Made by a program: the position numbers and the translations under genes
The notes under the pieces: model-generated
Databases searched by the model: none
The model's input: only the letters and a program-made list of their open reading frames with translations
What the model was told of the DNA's origin: nothing
Source of the DNA: Blastocystis sp. subtype 4
Taxonomy: Eukaryota
Length of the DNA: 64,000 nucleotides
NCBI RefSeq assembly: GCF_000743755.1
Contig: NW_014569546.1
Coordinates: forward strand, 62,001-126,000
Reading direction: 5' to 3'
Part shown: positions 24,510-35,900 of the stretch, piece by piece
Layout: every line of letters starts with the position of its first letter
Position numbering within the stretch: the first letter of the stretch is position 1

Positions 24510-26202
24510 ATGGAGTCTCTGTTAAGAAGTGAGAACAGCAAGAATGAGAACCATGATCTTCGTTCATCACTCTGTTACTATCTTTCTATCATCCTAATCC
24601 TTCTCTGTTTTATAATGAGTATGGTCAGTCTTGGATTCTGCAGTTATGTAGGTGATTGTTGATACTGTTCATAGTAGAGTACTATTCAGGCCAAGCTATA
24701 CAATTATGATTTCCCATATTGGGATCGTGCTGAGAGTTTTGTGGAGGGAACTCCAGTCTCCATTAATCGTGAAGGAATGGCCTTCCATGGAGCTGGAACT
24801 ACAATCTACCGCAACATCACCAATGAGATTATTACTCGTTCTATGAAGAATGCAAAGATTCGTGAGCTTGATTTCAATGTGGCTCTTGTCGTCTATAACG
24901 GAGGAGTGGATGCTTTCAAGTTCTCCTTTGAGGGATATGCTGTGGACGCTCTGCACATGGATCTTCCCGTCACAACTGAAGGTAAAGAACGTGAGGTAGA
25001 TGATGTGGTTCGTGTCAGTCGTAACCACTTCATTGTAGTTGGATCGAGAGAGCTTCTGCCTCTCACTGCTGTAGTGACGCATGATATGGAGCATCACACA
25101 GAAACTGTGTCTCTCACATGTGGTACTAAGTTAGTTTTGGAAAATGATGATGATATGTGGCCTCATGTTGATAATCTGTCCAACTCTACCTTCGCTCTGG
25201 TGTATGAGAACAAGAATGAGTTGTACACTCGATGGGGTACTTGGACTGGTGATGGCAACGGAGCCAAGTTGGAGTTGAAAGAAGAGACATTGGCTACAAT
25301 CCGTTATGAGTATCATGGAGTGGCTGGAATGGACGATAATCACTTCATCATTGCTGCTACTGGAAGACAGTTCAATGTATCACAGAGTCTCCCTTCGGTA
25401 AGAGCCTGTCTGTGTACGATTGATAACAGCGGTGCAATCAGCTTTGGTTCATGGGTTGAGTTACCTTTCTCAATGTCTCACAACTTCTTCGATATGGATA
25501 ATATGGGTCCCAACGAAGTGATTATGGTTTTCTCCGATGCTGACAGTGGTGGTATCACGTCCGTTGTCTTGAAGTTTAGTCGTGAGGACAATATGATTTT
25601 CTTCGGAGCTCAGGAGGTACTTCAGACTGGAGGTGCTGTACTCCATGAGAACAAGATGGATTTACGAGTACTGAATCATAACACATTTGCCGTGTTCTAT
25701 CTGGATAATGCAATCAATGCACTTGCTCTTGTGATGTGCGATATTTCAGAAGCTGATGATATCGTGGTAATAAGTCCTACATACATTGTGAGCCGAGCTC
25801 GTGGTTTTGAGCGTTCTGAGTACTACTTCGATCTCTGTGAGATTGGTATGGGTGACTTTGCCATTGTGGAGTTCAGTGATAGTGGTCCAGAGAAGAGAGT
25901 CATGATTCACAGAGGAGATATCATGGCTCGTATGTTTGGAATTGTCAACAAGGTGAAGAAGAACACACTGACGATTCAGTTTGCTGGTATGTTCAAGGTG
26001 CCTGGATCGCGTTCTCTCACTCCTGGCCGTGCTATTTACACAAACTCCAATGGTGAATTGATTGAGGGTCAGCCGTACGGATATGTGAGTAGAGAATTCG
26101 GTCAGTTCTACTTCGAATCGCGCTCTGATAACTCCATTATCTCAGGTAATAATCTAATCGGATTGGCGGTTACGAAGAAGAAGATATATTTGAAATTCCT
26201 AT
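24510..26202 (+). CDS. Uncharacterised type II membrane protein with beta-rich (propeller-like) ectodomain; stop predicted to be completed by poly(A)
   Basis: N-terminal TM segment (YYLSIILILLCFIMSMVSLGF), one 30-nt intron and a long exon. TGTTTGTT at 26207 with an in-frame T at 26202. Confidence 0.75.
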
Positions 26203-26206
26203 TGAT

Positions 26207-26214
26207 TGTTTGTT
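26207..26214 (+). terminator. TGTTTGTT 3'-end/polyadenylation motif
   Basis: Exact motif, with an in-frame T at 26202. Confidence 0.8.
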
Positions 26215-26301
26215 ATAAATGTCACTGTAATAGATCAGATTTGATAACGAAATAGTCAGGAGTATCCCATTATTACCAATAAACAAACTGATTCAAGAAT
26301 C

Positions 26302-29300
26302 TTAAACCTTAACGGCAGCCTTCGTCTTCACAGAAGTCACTTTAGGAACAGTTTTAGAGCCACTCTTTGCGGTCTTAGGCATCTTCTTCTTGCTGGATCC
26401 CTTCTTGGTTGCCATCACAATAGCAACAATAATAGCAACCACAACAATAACGGCCACCACAGCAATGATAATAATCATCACCCAATTGGTAGGAGCCTCC
26501 AACACCTCAATGGTAATCGTAGTCTGAGCAGTTCCAGATTCGTTCCTCACAGTGATAGTATAATGCTTGGTCTCCTGAACTGTAGAAGGAGTACCAGAGA
26601 TGGTACCATCTTGAGCGTTCAGAGTCAGACCCTCAGGCATCGTAGGGAACGAAGTTACAGTGTAAGCTTTAGCTGGAATCTGAGGTGTGACAGGAGTCAT
26701 AGCCTTTCCTTGAGTAAGAACAAGAGCTCGCGGCTCATACAATACACTCGAAGGAGCATCAGCATGACAATCATCCACCACATCACTGAACACTCCATCT
26801 GTACAGTAACGAATGTAATGACCCGAATAGTACTCAGGACATGAGACATACGAAGCATCACCATTCAAAGCAGGCTGGTACTCATCAATAGCTTCACAAT
26901 AACCATCAAGACGCTTTGCAAAGAAGTACACATCAGCCAACTGCATGAAGGAACCAGAACATAAACCACTACCAGGATTATTGCAGGCAGTCACCTTCAC
27001 ACGGTACTGATTGTATGGAATACTGTTGAACATACTGAAGCGTCTCTGTTCGTAATAACCAGTAAAGAATTCAGAGGAACGGACATGAAGCAACTGCCAG
27101 TTCTCACCATCATTACTTCCAGCTACCTCCCATCCAGAAGGAGTATACTCAAGGCAGCTTCCTCCAGAAACCAAACCATAGTTAGTCAAAGGCTCACGAC
27201 GATCATTGTTGTATGTGTACTTTGCAATGATATCAACACATCCATCTCCCTCAGCAGACAAGTAGGCAGTGTCCGAGTTGTTATCAAACATCTTATCGCC
27301 TCCCTGTACACCTTCCTTAGCTGGAATGGACTCACCAACACCATCTACCAGCATGTACATGTTATCCAGCACAAGAATAGCAGAACCATCGAATGAGTTC
27401 GATGCCTCGTTTGATTCAAAACGATGAAGTTCCACAGCAAGGATATTCTCTCCTTCAACAAGGATCTTATGCTGGAGGAACTCTCCGGTCGTGATTTTAA
27501 TAGGAGTAGCTTCATCCTTGGTGGCTTGAGTCGTCGAATCCACATCTCCCTCAGGCATATTGTAACGACGGATCTCCTGACCGTTCAAATACACAATACC
27601 TCCGGCCTTCATTGTCACAGTGATATCCATCAGAGCGAACTGACTCATCGAATCTATGGTAAACTTCTTGTAGTAGTACTGAGTCACGCCAGTAGCAACA
27701 GGGAACGACCCAGGCATGGCTGTAGACCAAGCAGGAGCACTGCTGATGGTATTCCAATCCGAAGGAGCTGCAGTACCATCCACCAAATAGTTCCATTCAG
27801 TGAACATAGGAGCAACAGAATAAGCAGGGTTGAAGGCGTACTCCTTAGAGGTGACACCAGCGGCCAGAGACTCAGACAACAAGACAGTTCCATCAGCAAG
27901 CTTCACATAGACACGGTTGGCACCCCATCCAGATGTGCCAGTGTGCTTGAGAACCAAAGCGTAAGAGGTGGCTTCACGACACATGGGAATGGTGAAGGTC
28001 ATCCAGTTGATCAAATTGGGACGCGACTCCACAATACTACCTGTAGCCAAATCCTTCAACTCAAAGGAACAATAGTTGGCTCCAGTTTCCAGATGGAACT
28101 CGAGAGTGAATGCAATCTTATCGTTTCCGCAAATCTCAACAGCAACAGACACAGTGGTACTCTTAGTCTCACCAAGATGGTTAATAGCAGAGATCGTGAA
28201 AACAGTAGCAGCGTAAGGCTGAGAGAGAACTCCCTGAATGGCTCCAGTGTTCGAGTTGAGTACCAATCCCTCAGGAAGAGCAGGCTCAATTGTGAAACCA
28301 CTGTAGTACTCAGAGTTAGCAGCAACCTCAGGGAAGGCAGCACCTGTATATCCAACAAGTACTGAAGGGGAGAAATTAAGATCGTCAACAGTCACAGCAT
28401 CAAGATTCTCCAGCAAGAAATTCAAGTTAGCGAAAGCAGTGTAGACATCATCCTGACGAGTGTTAGTAATGGCCATCTTGTACTGACGATAAGCCTTCTT
28501 ATTGGTTGGCATGTAGAAACAGTATTTGTCCGAACGAGTATCGAAAGTAACTCCAGTAGCAGTTGCCAGAGTCGTCCAGGTCTCACCATCATTGCTTGCA
28601 GAAATAGTCCAATCACGAGGATCATACTGAGGAGCATCCCAGTTAGTATCAATGCAGTACACATTGAAAGTTTCAGCATATTCATTTGAGAAGAGAATCG
28701 TATAAGAAGGAGTGGGGTTGGTACTCTTTGCCACATAACCACGAGTACTCAGATCGAGATCAAAGATGCTGGAAGCGTCAGAAGCTCCATCTGTAGTGAA
28801 GCCATTAGCAAAATAACGAGGAGTGGAAGCGGACTCACCCATCAAGCGCAAAAACACATCGAAATCGATGGTGGTAGACTCGGCAGCTGCAGCCACAAGA
28901 GCAACGGAGAGCACATTGTTGCCATCATTCAGATCACCCATCACACCAGTAATACTACGCCAAGTAGAAGTCGTAGAACCTCCAAGAGCGGTAGTAGAAG
29001 TGGTGATGTCACCCTCAGGTAAGTAACGACGATACAACTCCTTTCCATTCAAGTAGACCAGCACACCAGCACGAGCCTTCAGAGATAGTTCATAACCTTG
29101 GTAGGAGTTCTTATTGGATACAGTGAACGACGTAGTGAAGAATTGCAGCGTCTGAGAAGTTACAGAGGGACGAGGATTGGAAGGAAGAGTAGTCCAAGAA
29201 GGATTGAAAGAAGCAGATGTCCAGTCACTAGGAACAGTTCCATCAGCCAGATACTTCACTCCATTGTTATCAGCCACAGAACCCAGAGGAAGAACCAACC

Positions 29301-30837
29301 CGAGAGGGAATGAAACAGGGTTCACCTCATTCATACGAGCTCTCATAATAGTATGAGTGTGATCAGCAATAAGGATAGAAGCAGTGACAAAGGAAGAAGC
29401 CAACCAAACTGTTCCTGAAGAGGATGTAAGGGTAAGCGTATACATACCCACAGGAACACACTGTCCTGTGGTAGCACCATTGAAGGTAATAACCGTCTCA
29501 CCATCTGCATTCTTCAGAGTAAAACCTTCAGTGGTCGAGGTCGGATTAGTCTTAGTGAACTGGACAACAACATAGTTAGGCAAGACACAGGCAACAATGG
29601 TAATAGAAAGAGTCGTATCATATGTGACTCCATTCGATACAGAAACAGCAGTAACAGTGAAAGTGGTCTGATCCAGACCAACAGTAGGAGAACCTGTAAT
29701 GGCACCAGTGGAGGTATTGAGAGTTATACCATTAGGAAGGGCAGGAGTGATTGTCCAAGAAGAATAACCTGATGACTGTTCAGGTTGAATATTGACATTA
29801 TCAACACCCATACTAAATGTATAGGCATTAGGAGAATAGGAAATTCCAGGAAGAGAGAAAGGCTGATTGGAGAGCATAAGATTCCACTCAGAGAACTGAT
29901 ACATATCCCAATAGTCAGTTCCAGCACGTTCAAGGAATTCAAATTTGTAAGCATTATAAGATACCATATTGTTCATAACGAAAGTTTGAGTTTCGTAACG
30001 AGAGCTCCATGTGATATCGTCACGTTCATCCAACAGAGTCCAAGTTTCCATATCATCTGAACCATAGATCTTCCAATGAACAGGATCACGAACAGGCATA
30101 TCACCAGCAGTCGAGACACCATACTTATTGATCAACTCACGACGACCGTTACTGAACTGCCATGCAACCCAAGGAATTGCATCCGTTTCGAAACACCATT
30201 TGGTAGTAGTCAGACCATCAAACACTTTAGATGCACCCTCAGTAGCTTGACTTGCAGTAGTGGGATACGAGGTTACAGTTCCTTCAGTATCGATACGACG
30301 ATTGTCATCAGTATTATCAAAAACGATAGAACAATCGAAGGTCTCGTCTCCAGAAGTGGTAGAAGCAGAAGCATGTACCTCAACAGCCAGTTCAATTGTA
30401 GAAGAAGAGATGAACAACGCGCGAAGGGTTGACTTGGACCTCTCAATCTGTTCAGTACTAGTAACAGTAGCCATCGTGGAAGCAGTTACACCTGTCGATG
30501 GTAATCCAAAACTGTTGGCCTGTTGACCGTTCACATACAGAATGAAACCAGCATTCGTCTTGACGTGCATAAAGAGAGCATAATAACTTGCGTAGTTGTT
30601 ATAGGTAACGGTCTTTCGGAAGTAACGAGTCGTAGTGGTTACAGAAGGAAAAGAACTCATTTCCTGCCAGTCCACAGAAGCAGTCGTCCAGTCAGTTGTC
30701 GTCTGGGCAGTACTAGTATACTTCCACGCAGAACCATAACTAACGACATCCTCTGCCAAAACTAATCCATAAGGTACCAGAATGCAAGATCTACCTGAAA
30801 TAGCAATCAGACAAAAGATAAAAAATATACTCTTCAT
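26302..30837 (-). CDS. ~1500-aa type I surface protein with repeated beta-sandwich, F5/8-type-C (discoidin)-like and putative Ig (He_PIG) modules
   Basis: Signal peptide with a likely 33-nt in-frame intron. Three PxLPxG(L/I)xLNxxxGxIxG Ig motifs and three discoidin-like units (FD...W..xGSNDGExW..L...YNxY). C-terminal TM WVMIIIIAVVAVIVVVAIIVAIV followed by a Lys-rich tail. Confidence 0.9.
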   Translation of the reverse strand: MKSIFFIFCLIAISGRSCILVPYGLVLAEDVVSYGSAWKYTSTAQTTTDWTTASVDWQEMSSFPSVTTTTRYFRKTVTYNNYASYYALFMHVKTNAGFILYVNGQQANSFGLPSTGVTASTMATVTSTEQIERSKSTLRALFISSSTIELAVEVHASASTTSGDETFDCSIVFDNTDDNRRIDTEGTVTSYPTTASQATEGASKVFDGLTTTKWCFETDAIPWVAWQFSNGRRELINKYGVSTAGDMPVRDPVHWKIYGSDDMETWTLLDERDDITWSSRYETQTFVMNNMVSYNAYKFEFLERAGTDYWDMYQFSEWNLMLSNQPFSLPGISYSPNAYTFSMGVDNVNIQPEQSSGYSSWTITPALPNGITLNTSTGAITGSPTVGLDQTTFTVTAVSVSNGVTYDTTLSITIVACVLPNYVVVQFTKTNPTSTTEGFTLKNADGETVITFNGATTGQCVPVGMYTLTLTSSSGTVWLASSFVTASILIADHTHTIMRARMNEVNPVSFPLGLVLPLGSVADNNGVKYLADGTVPSDWTSASFNPSWTTLPSNPRPSVTSQTLQFFTTSFTVSNKNSYQGYELSLKARAGVLVYLNGKELYRRYLPEGDITTSTTALGGSTTSTWRSITGVMGDLNDGNNVLSVALVAAAAESTTIDFDVFLRLMGESASTPRYFANGFTTDGASDASSIFDLDLSTRGYVAKSTNPTPSYTILFSNEYAETFNVYCIDTNWDAPQYDPRDWTISASNDGETWTTLATATGVTFDTRSDKYCFYMPTNKKAYRQYKMAITNTRQDDVYTAFANLNFLLENLDAVTVDDLNFSPSVLVGYTGAAFPEVAANSEYYSGFTIEPALPEGLVLNSNTGAIQGVLSQPYAATVFTISAINHLGETKSTTVSVAVEICGNDKIAFTLEFHLETGANYCSFELKDLATGSIVESRPNLINWMTFTIPMCREATSYALVLKHTGTSGWGANRVYVKLADGTVLLSESLAAGVTSKEYAFNPAYSVAPMFTEWNYLVDGTAAPSDWNTISSAPAWSTAMPGSFPVATGVTQYYYKKFTIDSMSQFALMDITVTMKAGGIVYLNGQEIRRYNMPEGDVDSTTQATKDEATPIKITTGEFLQHKILVEGENILAVELHRFESNEASNSFDGSAILVLDNMYMLVDGVGESIPAKEGVQGGDKMFDNNSDTAYLSAEGDGCVDIIAKYTYNNDRREPLTNYGLVSGGSCLEYTPSGWEVAGSNDGENWQLLHVRSSEFFTGYYEQRRFSMFNSIPYNQYRVKVTACNNPGSGLCSGSFMQLADVYFFAKRLDGYCEAIDEYQPALNGDASYVSCPEYYSGHYIRYCTDGVFSDVVDDCHADAPSSVLYEPRALVLTQGKAMTPVTPQIPAKAYTVTSFPTMPEGLTLNAQDGTISGTPSTVQETKHYTITVRNESGTAQTTITIEVLEAPTNWVMIIIIAVVAVIVVVAIIVAIVMATKKGSSKKKMPKTAKSGSKTVPKVTSVKTKAAVKV

Positions 30838-31839
30838 GACTAAAAAAAATCTAGGGTAGAGAAATTGTGCTAGCCGTTTCTCCTATTGTAGCCAATCATC
30901 TTGCTTTCTTGTGCTTCAACTTTGAAATACACTATTTAGTATATGCAGTACGTTAGTAAATATTAACAGTTCCAATAGAACATACAAAAATAGTTATTAT
31001 ATGGGTCAGGCAAACAACACTAAGATGGTTTCGTATATGAATTGAATAGTAATCACAGTAGAGAACGGGGAACAAAAAAATGATGAAATTGAAGGTACTT
31101 GTTGATCGTAATAGTGAACAAAGTCGAAACTAATTTAATGTTATATGAGAAAACTAGAATTAATTATACAGTGTAGTTATTCAACAAAGTGATGAAAGAA
31201 CACAATTAGTTGAAAATCACCTAAGGAGCCTTTTTCCATACTTAGAATGAAGAGAGATAAGTTTTACGTCAATATAAGGTGATATTAGGCAATGGACAAC
31301 AAATCACATATCTCTTCCTAGCAATTGAAAGATGGACAGTTATATTGTTTGGCTATTACAGAACCAGAATAGAACAATCTTTCTAAGAAGGTATATACCA
31401 CAACACAGTATATAATAATCATGGGTTCTTTCGATTCTGATCACTGAACATGTCGTAGGTTTCATTTTCATCTTCCTTCTTTTCGAAATGGTTCTATGAT
31501 CTTGAGATAGTTATGGTGACCATTTTTTTTGAATATGTACTCATCTCGTTCAGTCGAACGATCTAAAAGTTAGGTATTATGAGTTCATATCTTCTGTTCA
31601 AGTAAACCAAATTATAGACGCCTTCTTCGAGTATTACTCCCATCGGGTGTAGAATTCGTTGAAAGTGAGAGCAATAATATGTATTTTAATACTGAGGATG
31701 GTTTTAGTAGTGTATCGGGATCATAATATCAGAAATGTGTTTTTCATAGAATAATCTTTAAGAATCTTAGTTCCATTAGGAATACGAAAATGGTAATATG
31801 GATAAAGAATGATAGTTTATGCGATTTATCACAAACAAG

Positions 31840-32896
31840 TCACTTTCCTTTCGAAGGCTATTAATAAAGAATACTGTAGTGCACTTACCCTTGACTTTTC
31901 CTCATTTAAAACGACCATTTGAGCAATCTTCCAAACAGGAAGTGGATTCAGTGTATCTAGTTCCGCATTATACTATTATTCACATTTTCTTTCCAATCTT
32001 ACACGCAACGTGAATTGACGATGTCGTTCAATCAATTGTTCCCGACTACCTGATGTTGGAAGAGAATAGCGTTGCAATAGCTTCTTTATTTCTGATGTTT
32101 TCATGAGTTTATAGCACAGATTGGGTAAGGATTGTCGAGGCTATGATTGAACAGTCTACAGCACTATTACAATGTCTTGATCTGAAACAAATCCTGTAAA
32201 CGACTTGGCAGATTTCGATGACGAATGAACAGTACCATCACACGTACTTGCATGTTGCTAATTCTCAACTTGTCCTTCCACTTCTACTTCGATAATGTCT
32301 TGAGGAAAGAATTCTCCACAAATCGGACACTCACATTGACAATCTTTTCTTATACTATATTCTGAATCCGCACTATAATAAATAACAATAAGAGGATTCT
32401 ACTCTTCATAAACAAAATCAGAATCACTGCTAGAATATGAGGAAGCAACTAGACCGTCATGCTGGGATTCCTCGACAGTCGAAGAAACTCGCTTCACGTC
32501 TGTACTAGAAGTTGAAGTACTTTGTTGAAGGATCTCAACATTGGAATTGGCTCGCTTCCTTGATTTACGAGGAGTATAATACTTTTGGACCATTTCTAAC
32601 ATTACCTTCCGATTTGCTTTAAACACCTCCGTAATTTCTCCAACAGTGACGTTCTTCACAATATCACCTTCTGTTGCCGGCTGCTTGCACAGAGGACAAG
32701 TTTTCTCCATACTCAACGATTGACGAATACAGTAGGAGCAATAGCTATGACCACACTTTACAAGAATAACAGGAGCTTTCATGGTTGCATGACAGATTGG
32801 ACAGCGTAACGACCTTTCAATACTCTTCATGAATTGAGCATTTTCCGGCCAGTCATCCTCCGTCTCTACTTCATCGAGAAGAGACTTCCAGTCCAT
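31840..32896 (-). CDS. RAD18: RAD18-like E3 ubiquitin ligase (RING, UBZ, SAP)
   Basis: LRCPICH..CGHSYCSYCIRQSL..CPLCK RING, ECPICGEF UBZ and IKKLLQRYSLPTSGSREQLIERHRQF SAP. TGA at 31840-31842 is followed by TGTTTGTG. Confidence 0.8.
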
Positions 32897-32979
32897 TACC
32901 AAAACTGGTATGAATTGAGCGGGAGAAATCGGATCCTAAGAATTGAATAGAAGCAACGTGGTGAATCAGAATCGTTAAG

Positions 32980-35900
32980 ATGAAGACAAAGTATAGAAAC
33001 ATACGGTCTTTTCAACAGTATTCGTTTATCCGAAATATCTAGAACAAGTTTTAACACTTCTATAACTAATAAATCATATTCTTCCAAGTCCAAATTCAAA
33101 TTCATCTCGCACCATGTCTTCGATACTGTCTTTGATTAGGGAAATCGTTTCGTCAGTATCAGATATCGACACTGTTGTTGCTTCCTTTAAAAAAGGATAT
33201 GTTGATGATGTTTGATTTTTCAGACCCTTTCTTATGGTTAGACGGAAAATGTATCTGCTATTATCGAAGATTATTCTCAATTACAGCTTTTATTAGATAC
33301 CTTAATGGAAAACAAGAATCTGTTATTACTGTATCTATTTTGTCTTATCAATAGAAGGAACACATCGAATGTCGAGTTTTGGGAGGAATTCTGTAAAGGA
33401 ATGGATAGTACAAACTACTCATTGATGGAAGGTATTCTATCCATTTTGTATTTTGTGTTAATTACAAAGGAGAAGTATTCTGGAGTGATTCCAGTATTAT
33501 GCGCTGATGTGTACGAGTTGTTGTTGAGTTTCAAATAGATACTTGAATATTCTATTGATTCCAGGAGCCTATGGTCATGGTATTCTCCGATGTAGTTTAT
33601 ATCAAGTGACAGTTTCAGCAATCCTTCGATCTATTAACAATGAAGAACTCATTCAACAGTCGGAGTCAGTATGGTATTTTAGCCTTCTTATGACCATAGT
33701 ATCGTGTGAAGCCTACTAATCTAGTTGCTCTTCTGATTCGTACTTTTGGGATTCTGGACGATATGACAGTGAAGTTTGTCTGGAGCGAGTTCTGTGTGCT
33801 GCTATACGAGTGTTGTTTATCTCCATTGATGGTTTCGAGCCTCCAATCTCTCTTCCAGAGTCTTCTAAACTTTGCTCTATTGAGTGAAACAGATGCCAAA
33901 ATGGGAGAATTGCTTCGTGTTCTTCTCCCTGTGATCTGTCTCTATCAAGAAGGTCGAAAGATGGATGAGAAGCCAATTCGCAATGCTCAGAAAGTACTCC
34001 TCACCTGTTTAACGACTTCACGTGATCCTCGTTTTGATAACTGCGTTTATGCTCTTATTCAGCGTCTGATCATCAACTCACCTGATCGAGTTGATGATCG
34101 TCGGAACACTCTAAACAGTCTCATGCAGCTACTATTAAGTCTCAATGAGAAGGAGAAGAAGCGGGTGAATGCATGGATCACACTCTGCTCACGATGCAAC
34201 ATTGCCAATATTCGTTTATGTTGTGTGAGTCTTGCCCGAAGTCTCTTAACATCTTGTTACATCACGGACTCACTTCAACCAACCTCTCATCAAGACATTG
34301 AAAATGAGAATGTGGAAAAATCGGGAGAAAATCTGGATAATGAAATGGAAGAAGAACCTACAATTCAGCGAGAATTATTTATTGACGAAAAACCCCTCTA
34401 TTTTGTATTTTTTGAAATAATTATGTCTCGATGTAATGACATTGTGATTAGTATCCGCTCAGAAGCAGTTCATGTTCTTCTTATTTTGTTGTTTGATAAA
34501 TAGAATATTGGACTTATTTTGGACTATTTGAATGAGAATCCTTCTTCTCCATTACAAGCAATTCTAGATGAAACGACATCCAAACGAGTTGTTACAATTG
34601 TCAATGAACGATTATCAGATTCTGCTGTTGGAGTGAGGAAGAATGCATTGAATGCTTATGCTGGTTGTGCAATGAATTCAGTTCTTCGTCCTTTAATGGA
34701 TGAAAAAGACATTGTTTCGGTAATAAGTAATTTACTCCAAGATTCTTCAGGTACCAAAAATAAGGACTATTTTTAAATATCTAGTGATGGTGAAACGCTC
34801 AGCATTACAGTTGTATTATCGTCTGTTAGAGACAACACCATCCTTGAGACCATTATTCTTCTCAATTTCCTTATCAATGTTTGAGAACACATCCAATGTT
34901 GATGGGATCATTGTAAAAAACATGGAATCTTTTGTCATTGCTAATATAATTGATTGGGGAGGAAATCATACGAATTTGACGGGATGGGAGTTTCTTGAGT
35001 ATTTTAATATAGCTAACGTTAGTGTTTTAGAAGTAAGAGAGAAGGACGAGAATGATCCATAGACTATCATGAAACTTATGATTGATAAGAATCTGTTTTC
35101 GTTAAATAGATTTATGAGAGCTTGTGAAGATGCTATCCAATTTAGAGACTCCACTTCTGTTGAGATTAGTGGACTGGATGATGTTCCACGAATGACAGAG
35201 AATGCGTGGATGTTATTGTTGCTAACAGGCAAGGTAGAAGTGGATATAGCTCTGAATGATAGTTCTATGAACGAATGGATACTGAGTTCATCCAAAGGAG
35301 TATTCAGCATTTGATTGACCATCCTCAGGAATCTCATAGTGTTAATCGTGATAAATTCATTATTCTCACAACAATGACTGTGGTGAAGAAATTCTCACGA
35401 GATTCTGGTATTCCAATATTCTTCTAGTAATTCTTAGTACAATCTCTCTATGTCACATTAGTAAAACAGTTGTTAAAGCTTCAGATTCCTCTGGATCTAA
35501 TTCATTCATTCCTCAGACTATATCTGGCTTTCCTAGACCAATTGTATTCAGAGTACGAATCATATTCCTCTCTTCCTCTAGTCCTCATACCATTCAGAAA
35601 GCTGTGAATGCATTTGTGGCAAAGATGGAAGTCAAAGTTGATAAGATTCTTCGAGAATTCATCTTTCGGTCTGGCGCAAAATTGCGGTCTGAACCTCTTC
35701 ATGAGTCGCAAGCTATGACTCAACGTCTTCCGGAAGAAGATCCTCGTCTCTCTCAGAATGACGGACTGAAAGAAGTGTTTGAAGGTGATAATAGTGATCT
35801 TCCGGATATTCGCGGGGAATGTTCACTTTTAGCAGATGAAGTTAATCTTCGTTGGTTGTATCCTTGGATCTTTGTTGTTGGTGAGTTATCATTACTTGGG

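Noticed and set aside
27424..28365. 313-aa + strand ORF and other ORFs antisense to the surface protein
   Set aside because: Antisense shadows of a long codon-biased CDS.
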